Of a stretch of DNA of 64,000 nt, positions 10,148-19,956 are shown piece by piece (the stretch's first letter is position 1; the number at the start of each line of letters is the position of its first letter). The notes below the pieces were generated by a model, which worked only from the letters and a program-made list of their open reading frames with translations, had not been told where the DNA came from and made no database searches. A program made the position numbers and the translations under genes. This DNA is from Clostridia bacterium (GTDB lineage: Bacteria; Bacillota; Clostridia; Christensenellales; DTU072): NCBI GenBank assembly GCA_017403145.1, contig JAFQOO010000005.1, positions 107,141 to 171,140 of the forward strand, in the 5' to 3' direction.

Positions 10148-10798
10148 TTAGGGTAGTAAATCGTAAATGTTATCGTCGCTAATTCCCGTAACGTAGTTAT
10201 CGGGTACTCTACCTTGAATAACGTCTTCGGCAATTAAAAAATCGTTCGATATTGTTATGTCTTCGGCTTTTACCGGTACTATAATTCTAACGGTTGTAGT
10301 AACTTTCAATACCAGTCTATGTAACGTTTGGTTAATTCCTTCGTGATAAAAATAGGAGTTTAGTTTTGTTTCTACAGCGCCTATAGGCATAACGTTAAGT
10401 TCTATTCCTTCGCCCTTATCTGCCAACCAGCTTGAACCGGTAAAAGCACCTGCTGGAATACTGATTTTATCGTTTTTTAGCGAATTTATGCAATTTTGTA
10501 TCTCTTTTTGTGCATAAACGTTCATTAAGTTTATGTTGCTAACGTTAGATTTTACAAGCACTATTTCACCCTGTGTATTTTTTTCGTATTGATAAAAATC
10601 GTCATAAAAAACTTGGTATGCTTTTAGCTTTATTGCGCCTTTGACTATCGCGTCTATCGCATATTTTTTAACTTCGGCTTCAGCTAAACTAACGACTAGT
10701 GGAGAAATAGTGCGGTTATAGTATATAACCGAGCTTAAAATTACGATTATCAATATCAATAGAATGGTTATGCCTTTACGATTTTTATTTTTCACCAT
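10148..10798 (-). CDS. yunB: Sporulation protein YunB-like (N-terminal membrane anchor)
   Basis: 216-aa ORF with a basic N-terminus plus TM segment (ITILLILIIVILSSVIY). Its size and composition recall the YunB family. The assignment is by recollection only. Confidence 0.55.
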   Translation of the reverse strand: MVKNKNRKGITILLILIIVILSSVIYYNRTISPLVVSLAEAEVKKYAIDAIVKGAIKLKAYQVFYDDFYQYEKNTQGEIVLVKSNVSNINLMNVYAQKEIQNCINSLKNDKISIPAGAFTGSSWLADKGEGIELNVMPIGAVETKLNSYFYHEGINQTLHRLVLKVTTTVRIIVPVKAEDITISNDFLIAEDVIQGRVPDNYVTGISDDNIYDLLP

Positions 10799-10826
10799 AT
10801 AAATATATGTTTTTGCCTTTAATAAA

Positions 10827-10856
10827 TTGCATACGCGCGCGCATTTATGATATAAT
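10827..10856 (+). promoter_or_regulatory. Sigma-A-type promoter of pheST
   Basis: TTGCAT (10827-10832), an 18-nt spacer, then an extended -10, TGaTATAAT (TATAAT at 10851-10856). The spacer contains ACGCGCGCGCA. Confidence 0.6.
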
Positions 10857-10888
10857 GCGTGCAGACTAATTTTATAATGGAGTTACCC

Positions 10889-11911
10889 ATGTTGAAAGAA
10901 AAAATCGAACTAATCACAGCACAAGGGTTGGAAGCTATCGAAAAAGCCTCTGTTTCTTCCGAACTTAACGATATTCGCGTTAAGTATCTAGGTAAAGCAG
11001 GCGAAATTACCGCTCTCCTTAAATCCCTAAAAGACGTACCCCCTCAAGAAAAACCCGCTATCGGTAAGCTCGTTAACGACGTTAGAGTTAAAATCGAAAG
11101 CGCACTCCAAGCAAAGATGCAAGCTATGGCTATTGCAGAACGCAAGGCTATCGAAGAAAAAGAACGCCTAGACGTTACACTTTCCACCAAAGAAGAAGAG
11201 CAAGGCGCATTGCATCCTTTAACTTTAGTTAAAAACGATATGTTAAATATCTTTATCGGCTTGGGATTTAGCGTTGCCGATGGTCCCGAAATAGAATATA
11301 CCAAGTATAATTTTGAAAACTTGAATATTCCCCAAGACCACCCTGCAAGAGATTTTGGCGATAGTTTCTATATTTCACCCGAAATTTTGTTACGTACCCA
11401 AACTTCTTGCGTACAAGCCCGCGTTATGGAAGAAACCAAACCGCCCATTAGAATCGTTTGTCCCGGCAAGGTTTATCGTCCCGACGACGATGCAACCCAC
11501 TCACCAATGTTCCAACAAATAGAAGGATTGGTAGTCGACGAGCATATTACTCTAGCCGACCTAAAAGGCACTCTAGAAGAGTTTGCAAAGAAGTTCTTCT
11601 CGAAAGAAACCAAAGTTCGTTTCCGTCCTTCATACTTCCCCTTTACCGAACCTAGCGTAGAAGTTGACCTTTCTTGTGCTATGTGCGGTGGCAAAGGTTG
11701 TCGTTTGTGCAAAGGAACCGGCTGGATAGAGCTTCTTGGTGCAGGCGTAGTTAACCCCGCTGTATTGGATATGTGTGGCATAGATTCCAAGAAATATAGT
11801 GGTTACGCATTTGGTGTTGGTGTAGAAAGAGCAACTATGATTAAGTATTCGATACCCGATATGCGTTTACTTTTCGATAACGACGTACGTTATTCTAAGC
11901 AATTTAAATAG
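10889..11911 (+). CDS. pheS: Phenylalanine-tRNA ligase alpha subunit
   Basis: ATG 10889 with GGAG 6 nt upstream was preferred over the GTG 10859 of the track. Class II aaRS motifs are present (HPARD, FRPSYFPFTEPS, GAGVVNP, GVGVERA). Confidence 0.95.
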   Translation: MLKEKIELITAQGLEAIEKASVSSELNDIRVKYLGKAGEITALLKSLKDVPPQEKPAIGKLVNDVRVKIESALQAKMQAMAIAERKAIEEKERLDVTLSTKEEEQGALHPLTLVKNDMLNIFIGLGFSVADGPEIEYTKYNFENLNIPQDHPARDFGDSFYISPEILLRTQTSCVQARVMEETKPPIRIVCPGKVYRPDDDATHSPMFQQIEGLVVDEHITLADLKGTLEEFAKKFFSKETKVRFRPSYFPFTEPSVEVDLSCAMCGGKGCRLCKGTGWIELLGAGVVNPAVLDMCGIDSKKYSGYAFGVGVERATMIKYSIPDMRLLFDNDVRYSKQFK

Positions 11912-11923
11912 GAGAAGATTGTT

Positions 11924-14329
11924 ATGTTAGTTCCCGTAAAATGGTTAAAAGATTTCGTAAATATAGATAATATTTCAATTCCAAAACTCGCAGACAAATT
12001 GGTTTCCTGTGGTTTTGAAATTGAAGCTGTAATAAATCAAGCTGATTTAGTAAAGGGAGTTAAGACCTGTAAAGTCGTTGCAGTCGAGAAACATCCCAAT
12101 GCAGATAAGCTTATCGTATGTAAAATTGATTTAAACGATGGTATCGAACGTCAAATAGTTACCAACAATCGTTGGATACAAGCAGGGGATATCGTTCCCG
12201 TAGCACTCGACGGAGCGAAACTCTTTAGCGGTATGGAAATCAAAGCGGGTGCATTGCGTGGCGTTCATAGTGATGGTATGTTCTGTGGCGGTTCGGAGCT
12301 TAACCTTACCGAAGCAGATTATAAAGGTGCAGGCGAAGATAAGGTACTAAAGCTTTTGGATAACACCCCCGTTGGCAAGGATATCAACGAGGTTATGGGT
12401 ACCGATGACGTTATTCTAGACGTTGGTATTACCGCAAACCGTACCGATGCCAATAGCATTTTGGGCATTGCAAGAGAGGTGGCCGCAGTAACCAATCAAC
12501 AACTCAAGATGCCGTCGGACTATGCAGAACTTCCCGTTGGCAACGATATCAACGCTAGTCTAGAGGTTCAAAATGAAGCAACCGATTTGTGTCCTAGATA
12601 CCTTGCAGGTATGCTTACCGACGTAGTTATTACCGAATCTCCCGAATACATCAAGAGAAGATTAAAGTCAAGCGGTCTACGTCCCATCAACAACATAGTT
12701 GACGTTACAAACTACGTTCTTTTAGAGGTTGGTCAACCTATGCACGCTTTCGACCTTCGCACCATTAAAGGAGGCAAAATCGTTGTAAGAAGGGCAAAAG
12801 ACGGCGAAAAGATAGTAGCTCTAGACGATAAAACCTATACTTTGAATAGTGAAAACCTTGCAATTTGTAACGCAGTCGAGCCTATGGCTATTGCAGGCGT
12901 TATGGGTGGTAAAGAATATTCAATTTTTGACGATACTAGCGTAATCGTACTAGAAAGTGCAAGATTTGCTCGTGATAATATAAGACGTACCTCTCGTACT
13001 TTAGGACTTCGTTCCGATAGTAGTGCTAGATTCGAAAAGGGTATCGACTTTATTTCCCAAGAATATGGTCTAAAGAAAGCTATCGGTATGATAGTCAATA
13101 ATGGTTGGGGTAAGCTCGTTAGCGGTACCGTTGATAATTATCCCGTTCCCGCTAAAACCTTGGAAATTGATTTTACTGCAAACGACGTAAATCGTATTTT
13201 AGGTATCACCGTTCCTCAAGAGCGCATTGTTGAAATACTAAATTCTCTAACCTTAACCACCACCGTTGACGGAGATAAGCTACACACCGTTATCCCCGGT
13301 TATCGTGAGGACATTGTAGGCGTAAACGATATCGCAGAAGAAGTTATTCGTATGTATGGTTACGATGCTATCGAAACCTCTTTGATGCCCGATGCCGAAA
13401 TGACTGCAGGTGGAAAGACCAAGAAGCAAGAATGTGCAGATAAGATTAAGAATTTCCTAGTAGGAAAGGGCGCTTATGAAATTTGTACCTATTCCTTCGT
13501 TAGCCCCAAGGCTTGGGATATGTTGCATTTGGAAGAAGATTCTATTTTACGTCGCAACGTTAAACTTCTTTCACCTCTTGGTGAAGATTATAGCGTAATG
13601 AGAACCACGCTTGCTCATAGTATGATAAAGACTATGGCAACCAACGTTCTACGTGGCAACAAGAAAGGTCGTTTCTTCGAAGTAGCAAAAACCTATATTC
13701 CTTATGAGCTTCCTTTGACTCGTTTACCTCTAGAAGAAAACAAACTTTGTTTAGGTGCATATGGCGATAAAGAAGATTTTTATAGCTTCAAGAGCATAAT
13801 TGAAGATTTGTTCGACGTTTTGCGTATTGACGTAAGATTCAAAGCAACCGATATAGCATATATGCATCCTTACCGCACTGCAGAAATCGTTACTAACGAG
13901 GGTAAAGTAGTCGGTTATATGGGCGAAGTTAAGTACGACGTTGCTAAGGAATACGACGTTGATAAGCGCCTCTACCTAGCAGAAATCGATGAAGAATATA
14001 TCGAAGATAATGCAAGAGTATTCTCTAGCTTCAAAGTAGTATCCAAATTCCCCGCAATGGAACGCGACCTTGCTCTTGTATGCGACCTATCTCTTGAAGC
14101 TGATACCTTGTTAGACACCATCAACGAAGCCGGTTCCGACCTCTTAATCGAAAGCAGAATATTCGACGTTTATAAGGGTGAAGCTTTGACTAAAATGGGT
14201 AAAATGAGTATTGCAGTTAAACTAACCTTCCAATCAAAGGATAGAACGCTAAAAGACGGCGACGTTAATAAGGAAATAGAAAATATTCTTTCCGCACTCA
14301 AAGAAAAACTAGGAATTGAACTAAGATAA
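11924..14329 (+). CDS. pheT: Phenylalanine-tRNA ligase beta subunit
   Basis: 801-aa ORF directly after pheS. The N-terminal tRNA-binding domain starts MLVPVKWLKDFV, followed by the B3/4, B5 and FDX-ACB regions. Confidence 0.95.
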   Translation: MLVPVKWLKDFVNIDNISIPKLADKLVSCGFEIEAVINQADLVKGVKTCKVVAVEKHPNADKLIVCKIDLNDGIERQIVTNNRWIQAGDIVPVALDGAKLFSGMEIKAGALRGVHSDGMFCGGSELNLTEADYKGAGEDKVLKLLDNTPVGKDINEVMGTDDVILDVGITANRTDANSILGIAREVAAVTNQQLKMPSDYAELPVGNDINASLEVQNEATDLCPRYLAGMLTDVVITESPEYIKRRLKSSGLRPINNIVDVTNYVLLEVGQPMHAFDLRTIKGGKIVVRRAKDGEKIVALDDKTYTLNSENLAICNAVEPMAIAGVMGGKEYSIFDDTSVIVLESARFARDNIRRTSRTLGLRSDSSARFEKGIDFISQEYGLKKAIGMIVNNGWGKLVSGTVDNYPVPAKTLEIDFTANDVNRILGITVPQERIVEILNSLTLTTTVDGDKLHTVIPGYREDIVGVNDIAEEVIRMYGYDAIETSLMPDAEMTAGGKTKKQECADKIKNFLVGKGAYEICTYSFVSPKAWDMLHLEEDSILRRNVKLLSPLGEDYSVMRTTLAHSMIKTMATNVLRGNKKGRFFEVAKTYIPYELPLTRLPLEENKLCLGAYGDKEDFYSFKSIIEDLFDVLRIDVRFKATDIAYMHPYRTAEIVTNEGKVVGYMGEVKYDVAKEYDVDKRLYLAEIDEEYIEDNARVFSSFKVVSKFPAMERDLALVCDLSLEADTLLDTINEAGSDLLIESRIFDVYKGEALTKMGKMSIAVKLTFQSKDRTLKDGDVNKEIENILSALKEKLGIELR

Positions 14330-16677
14330 TGCAAGAAAGAACTTTAAAGGCTTTGGAATTTAATAAGATTTTGGACTCGGTTGCCACTTACGCAAGTTCC
14401 GAGCCTGCCCGCGAAGCGGTTAGAGAAATTCGACCGATGCGGGAGCTTTCTTACGTAAACGAATTACTTCAAGAGGTTTACGAAGCAGATAAAATCGCAT
14501 TCGAGTATGCTACAAACTTGAGCTTTGCTTTTGATAATATAGATTTCGTATTGGAAAAAGCATCGGTTATGAGCGTGCTTACTATGGGTGAGCTTTTGAG
14601 GGTAGCACGTATGCTTCGCGTTGCGCGTAGTGTAAAATCTATTATAGCAAAGGTGCCCGATGATAATTTGAAGCTTATAAAAGGAATTGCAAATTCCATT
14701 TATACCGATAAATCTCTTGAAGAAGATATCGATAACGCAATTATATCCGATACCGAAATGCACGATAGGGCTTCGGATGAGCTTCGTTCTATAAGAATGC
14801 GAATAAAGAAGACGGGGGAACAAATCAAATCCAAGCTATATAGCTATTTGACAAGTCCCACTTATTCCAAATATTTGCAAGATAATATCGTTACCGTTAG
14901 GGGAGATAGATACGTTATTCCCGTTCGTGCCGAGTGTAAGAGTGCTATTCCCGGACTTATTCACGACCAAAGCGCATCGGGACAAACGTTATACGTTGAA
15001 CCTATGGCGGTCGTTGAACTCAATAACGTTTTGAAGACGCATATCCTCGAAGAACAAGCGGAAATCGAAAGAATTCTAAGAAGATTTACCGTTAGGGTAT
15101 CAACTTCGGTTGACCAAATCAAGGAAAGCTTTGATAAAATCGTTCGACTCGACGTTATTTTTGCAAAGGCATATTATGCTAACGCCACTCGCTCAGTTCG
15201 TCCTACCATAAATGAAAAAGGTATTGTAAGAATAGAGCGCGGTAGGCACCCTTTGATTGATAAAGATAAAGTTGTTCCCACAGATATTAGAGTGGGCGAC
15301 GACTTCGATTTACTATTTATAACAGGTCCCAATACGGGCGGTAAAACCGTTTCTTTAAAGCTAACAGGCTTGCTTTCCATTATGGGTGCTAGTGGACTAT
15401 ACGTTCCTGCAAGAGTTGCCGATATTGCACTTTTCGACGATATCTTTTGTGATATTGGGGACGAGCAAAGCATAGAACAAAATCTTTCTACTTTCTCATC
15501 ACATATTGCTAATATCGTTAATATTATTGATAATTTGAGCGAGAATTCTCTTGTATTATTGGATGAATTGGGCGCAGGTACCGACCCTACGGAAGGCGCA
15601 AGTCTTGCAATGAGCATTGCTACCTATATAAAAGAAAGCAAAGCCAAAGCGGTTATTACTACTCACTATAACGAATTGAAGGAGTATGCGGTTGTAACCG
15701 AGAGGTGCGAAAATGCTTCTATGGACTTTAACCCCGTTACCTATAGTCCTACCTATAAACTTATAGTTGGAACACCGGGTGCATCTAACGCACTTTTAAT
15801 AGCAAGAAAGCTGGGACTAAAAGAGTCCATAATAGAGCGAGCTCAAGCGGGAATACAAGATGGCAAGTTGGAGTTTGAAAACGTGCTTCAAGCACTAGAA
15901 ATTGCTCGTAGAAACGCCCTTGAAAACGAAGAAAAGACCGCTATTGCCCTAAAAGAAGCACAAGAAACCCAAAAATCAGTTGAACGCGAGCGCGATAGAT
16001 TATATGCTCAACGCGAAAGATTAAACGAGAACGTAAGGAAGGAAACCAAGAGACTCGTTGAAGATGCGATGGAAGAAGCCAACGAGATTATAAAAACCCT
16101 ACGTGATATTTTGGACGAACCTACCGAACAAAATCTATTCAAAGCAAGAAAACTACGTAAATCTTTGGAGAAATATATCGTTTTAGAAGACAACGAGTTT
16201 GAAGGCTTTGGTGAAGAAGATGATAGCGAAATCAAAATCGGTGATACCGTTTTGGTAAAATCGTTAAAGGTAGAGGGCGAGGTTGTAGAAATAACCAAAA
16301 ATAACGTGGTCGTAAGACTAGGTAAAATGAATAGTAACTTTAAGCTAGACGCATTGCAAAAGCTTAAATCACGTAAAAAAGAAACTAAAAAGGATATCGT
16401 ACCCACCACGCATACGTTACGTAACGAGGCGTTTAGTCCCGAACTGATGCTACTGGGAATGCGTTCTGACGAAGCTCTACACGCGCTTGAAGCCTATATA
16501 GACAAGGCATTGCTTGCAGGTGTTAACGAAGTTCGCATAGTGCACGGATACGGAACCGGAAAGCTACGCGAAGTGGTAAGAAATTGCCTCAAAAAGCATA
16601 GTTCTATCAAGGAATACCGCGATGGTATATATGGCGAAGGCGAAAGAGGGGTAACGATAGTTAAACTAAAGAGATGA
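14329..16677 (+). CDS. mutS2: Endonuclease MutS2 (MutS-family ATPase with C-terminal Smr domain)
   Basis: 782-aa ORF with Walker A GPNTGGKTV, a coiled-coil middle region and a C-terminal Smr domain (VRIVHGYGTGKLR). Confidence 0.92.
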   Translation: MQERTLKALEFNKILDSVATYASSEPAREAVREIRPMRELSYVNELLQEVYEADKIAFEYATNLSFAFDNIDFVLEKASVMSVLTMGELLRVARMLRVARSVKSIIAKVPDDNLKLIKGIANSIYTDKSLEEDIDNAIISDTEMHDRASDELRSIRMRIKKTGEQIKSKLYSYLTSPTYSKYLQDNIVTVRGDRYVIPVRAECKSAIPGLIHDQSASGQTLYVEPMAVVELNNVLKTHILEEQAEIERILRRFTVRVSTSVDQIKESFDKIVRLDVIFAKAYYANATRSVRPTINEKGIVRIERGRHPLIDKDKVVPTDIRVGDDFDLLFITGPNTGGKTVSLKLTGLLSIMGASGLYVPARVADIALFDDIFCDIGDEQSIEQNLSTFSSHIANIVNIIDNLSENSLVLLDELGAGTDPTEGASLAMSIATYIKESKAKAVITTHYNELKEYAVVTERCENASMDFNPVTYSPTYKLIVGTPGASNALLIARKLGLKESIIERAQAGIQDGKLEFENVLQALEIARRNALENEEKTAIALKEAQETQKSVERERDRLYAQRERLNENVRKETKRLVEDAMEEANEIIKTLRDILDEPTEQNLFKARKLRKSLEKYIVLEDNEFEGFGEEDDSEIKIGDTVLVKSLKVEGEVVEITKNNVVVRLGKMNSNFKLDALQKLKSRKKETKKDIVPTTHTLRNEAFSPELMLLGMRSDEALHALEAYIDKALLAGVNEVRIVHGYGTGKLREVVRNCLKKHSSIKEYRDGIYGEGERGVTIVKLKR

Positions 16678-17801
16678 TATTTTTTGATAACGCAAGCACG
16701 ACCAAATGCACCAAAGAAAGTGTGGAAATAGTAACCAAATATTTAACCGAGAATTATTATAATCCCTCGGCGCTTTACCATAACGCACTTTCCGTAAAGC
16801 AAGATTTGGAACGAGCAAGACAAACCATAATTAAAAAGTTGCGCGGAGAAGGTAAAATTATATTTACCGGCGGTGGTACCGAAAGTGATAATATTGCGCT
16901 ACTTGGCTCAAAAAAGATAAAGGGCGGTAGAGTGATTGTATCTAGTGCCGAGCACGCAGCTATTTACGCTACTGCAAACGAGCTTAAAGCAAGAGGTTAC
17001 GAAGTAGTTTTTGCTCCTGTAGATGGTAATGGAAAGGTAATAGAGGAAGAGTTTATAAAGTTATTAACACCCTCTGTTACTTTGGTATCCATAATTCACG
17101 TCAATAACGAAACGGGCGCTATGAACGATATTCAAAGACTATGCAAACTAGTTAAAAGCAAATGCCCCAGAGCGCTTTTCCACAGCGACGGGGTACAAGC
17201 TTTTGGTAAACTAGAGGTTAATTTGAGAGGTGCGGGCATAGATTTATATTCTATGAGCGCCCATAAAATAGGTGCACCCAAAGGTGTTGGCGCATTGTAT
17301 ATCGCTAAAGGCGTAAGTGTAAACCCAATAGTTTATGGTGGTGGACAAGAGGGCGGACTTCGTTCTTCTACCGAAAATACCGCTGGTATTCTTGCTTACG
17401 AAAAAGCTGTTATCGATAGATATGCAAAACTAGGTGAAACCGAGCAAAAATTGAAGGAAATTCGCTCTTATATAGCCGATAACCTTCAAAATATAGATGG
17501 AATAAAAATAATTTCTCCGTTAGATGGCTCACCATATATACTAACTTTCACTGTTCCAAGAGTACGTGGCGAGGTTATGCAACACGCACTTGAAAGACGT
17601 GGAATAATGGTAGGTACGGGTAGCGCTTGCGCATCTAATAAAGCATCTACGCGTATTGCCGAAGCACTTGGTTTGCAAGGCAAGTACGTTGACGGAGTAA
17701 CAAGACTAAGTTTCTTTATAGAAAACACAATGGAAGAAGCCGAAATATTCGTTAAAGAGTATTTCGACGTATACAAGGAGTTGGAAAAATATGGCAGTTG
17801 A
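16674..17801 (+). CDS. Cysteine desulfurase (class V aminotransferase, NifS/IscS-like), partner of ThiI
   Basis: Has the PLP-lysine motif SAHKIGAPKG and the active-site Cys in GTGSACAS. It overlaps and precedes thiI. Confidence 0.85.
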   Translation: MIFFDNASTTKCTKESVEIVTKYLTENYYNPSALYHNALSVKQDLERARQTIIKKLRGEGKIIFTGGGTESDNIALLGSKKIKGGRVIVSSAEHAAIYATANELKARGYEVVFAPVDGNGKVIEEEFIKLLTPSVTLVSIIHVNNETGAMNDIQRLCKLVKSKCPRALFHSDGVQAFGKLEVNLRGAGIDLYSMSAHKIGAPKGVGALYIAKGVSVNPIVYGGGQEGGLRSSTENTAGILAYEKAVIDRYAKLGETEQKLKEIRSYIADNLQNIDGIKIISPLDGSPYILTFTVPRVRGEVMQHALERRGIMVGTGSACASNKASTRIAEALGLQGKYVDGVTRLSFFIENTMEEAEIFVKEYFDVYKELEKYGS

Positions 17802-18966
17802 GTATAATTGTATTCTAATTAGATTTGGCGAAATCTTTTTGAAGGGAAATAATCGTAATTATTTTGAAAGTTTACTTATAAAGAATATCAAAAATTCTTT
17901 AAGTGGACTAAATTACAAATTCTCCAAAACGCAAGGTAGATATTATATCGAGGAGTTTGCGTCGGAAGATATGGACGAGATTATTTCTCGTTTGACTAAG
18001 GTTTTTGGCATACACTCCATCAGTCCTACTGTTAAGGTAAAAACCGACCTTGAAGAAATGTGCAAAATTGCTTATGCCATCAGTCCAACCGAAGGCACTT
18101 TTAGAGTAACCGTAAAGAGAGCAGATAAACGTTTCCCAATGACTTCTATGGAAATAGGAGCAAAAATAGGCGGTTATATGCTAAATAAGACGGGTGGAAG
18201 GTTAAAAGTTGACCTATTCGACTACGATTTTGAACTTTTCGTAGATTTGCGCGAAAGTGGATACTCATATCTTTTCTATGATAAGATTATGGGTGCGCAA
18301 GGTCTACCAACAGGTTGCTCCGGTAACGCAATGTTGCTTCTATCGGGCGGTATCGATAGCCCTGTAGCTGGTTACGTTATGGCAAAGCGCGGACTAAGAA
18401 TTTTTGCTATACACTACCATAGCTTCCCATATACTTCTGAGCTTGCTTTACAAAAGGTTAAAGATTTAGCGAAAAAGTTAACCGCATATTGTGGCGATAT
18501 CAAGTTAGCGGTCGTGCCTTTTACCGAAATACAATATGCAATTCACGAGCATTGCCCCGAGGAGTTTATGATTACGATAATGCGTAGATTTATGATGCGT
18601 ATTGCCGAAAGAATTGCTTTGAAGAACGATTGTGGCGCGATAATTACGGGTGAAGCACTTGGTCAAGTAGCAAGTCAAACGATGCAAAGCATACAAGTAA
18701 CCAATTCGGTTGTAACTCTTCCCGTATTTAGACCTCTAATTGGTTCGGATAAGGCGGAAATAATCGATATTGCTAACAAAATCGATACTTTTGATATTTC
18801 TATTCGTCCTTATGAAGATTGTTGCACGGTATTTTTACCCAAAAATCCTGTAATTAAGCCCAAGCTACAAGATGCTATAGAATACGAAAATAGGCTTGAT
18901 ATAGAAGCTCTAATTGAAAAAGCAGTTAACGATACCGTAACCGAGGTTATATCTGTAGAAGACTAA
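17791..18966 (+). CDS. thiI: tRNA 4-thiouridine synthase ThiI
   Basis: 391-aa ORF with a THUMP-type N-terminus and the PP-loop motif SGGIDSPVA. Confidence 0.92.
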   Translation: MAVEYNCILIRFGEIFLKGNNRNYFESLLIKNIKNSLSGLNYKFSKTQGRYYIEEFASEDMDEIISRLTKVFGIHSISPTVKVKTDLEEMCKIAYAISPTEGTFRVTVKRADKRFPMTSMEIGAKIGGYMLNKTGGRLKVDLFDYDFELFVDLRESGYSYLFYDKIMGAQGLPTGCSGNAMLLLSGGIDSPVAGYVMAKRGLRIFAIHYHSFPYTSELALQKVKDLAKKLTAYCGDIKLAVVPFTEIQYAIHEHCPEEFMITIMRRFMMRIAERIALKNDCGAIITGEALGQVASQTMQSIQVTNSVVTLPVFRPLIGSDKAEIIDIANKIDTFDISIRPYEDCCTVFLPKNPVIKPKLQDAIEYENRLDIEALIEKAVNDTVTEVISVED

Positions 18967-18973
18967 GTAGCTT

Positions 18974-18999
18974 ACAATCATAAAATACAATCATAAAAT
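18974..18999. repeat. Perfect tandem duplication of a 13-mer (ACAATCATAAAAT x2)
   Basis: Read directly: 18974-18986 equals 18987-18999. It lies immediately 5' of the SD GGAGG of the DUF4097 gene. Confidence 0.9.
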
Positions 19000-19014
19000 A
19001 GGAGGGTATTGACT

Positions 19015-19956
19015 ATGTTAAAATTACTAAAGATAATAATTACAATAATAATTATTCTTGCAGTATTAGCATTTGGTGTGTTTATTGCTTTGCTTGCGGT
19101 GAGTGATTGGGATATAAATAATTTGAAATACGAAAATCACGAATACGAAATTAGCGAAGCATTTGATAGTATTTCTATAGACGTAAAAGGGAGCTACGTA
19201 AAGTTGATTCCTTCTACCGATGGACAATGCAGAGTTGTTTGTTTTGAAAATAATAATTACAAACATTCTGTGAACGTAGAAAACGATACTTTGGTAGTAA
19301 CGTCAATTCACAAAAAAGTCTTCTTTGGGTATAAAAATACCCTAGTAACCGTCTATTTGCCGGAAAAAGAGTATAATTCGGTTGATGTCGTAACAACTTC
19401 GGGTGATATTGATGTTAAAAACCTAAGCGCAAAAAATATAAATTGTAACGTAGATACCGGCGATTTGGAACTTGAAAACGTTGTATGCTCCACTTTATCT
19501 TCGACGGGTGATACAGGGGACGTAGACTTTGAAAACGTAGTTACTGCGAATAATTTAACGATTAAAAGAGATACCGGTGAAATTGAAATATCGTTGCTTT
19601 CTTGCGGAGGGGACGCAATAGTTGAGGTTGATACCGGAGATATATCTATAGACTTGATAACTTGCAAAAACCTTTCGATTAAATCGGATACCGGTGAAGT
19701 TGAGGTCGATAACGCTAAGATTGATAATAAATTCACCTCAGTTATAGATACGGGGGATTTGAATTTTACCAAAATGGATGTTAATGAAGCGGAAATCACC
19801 TCCGACACAGGCGAAGTAAAAGGCTCGTTTACTTCGGACAAGATTTTTATTGTTCGTACCTCCACAGGAAAGGTTGACGTACCCGAAACTACTAGTGGTG
19901 GTGTATGTAAAATAACCACACATACGGGAGATATCATTATAAAAATCGGTAATTAG
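19015..19956 (+). CDS. DUF4097-type beta-strand-repeat protein with an N-terminal membrane anchor
   Basis: ATG 19015 lies 9 nt after GGAGG. A TM segment (IIITIIIILAVLAFGVFIALLAV) is followed by about 10 repeats of the (D/S)TG(D/E)(I/L/V) motif spaced about 20 aa apart. Confidence 0.7.
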   Translation: MLKLLKIIITIIIILAVLAFGVFIALLAVSDWDINNLKYENHEYEISEAFDSISIDVKGSYVKLIPSTDGQCRVVCFENNNYKHSVNVENDTLVVTSIHKKVFFGYKNTLVTVYLPEKEYNSVDVVTTSGDIDVKNLSAKNINCNVDTGDLELENVVCSTLSSTGDTGDVDFENVVTANNLTIKRDTGEIEISLLSCGGDAIVEVDTGDISIDLITCKNLSIKSDTGEVEVDNAKIDNKFTSVIDTGDLNFTKMDVNEAEITSDTGEVKGSFTSDKIFIVRTSTGKVDVPETTSGGVCKITTHTGDIIIKIGN

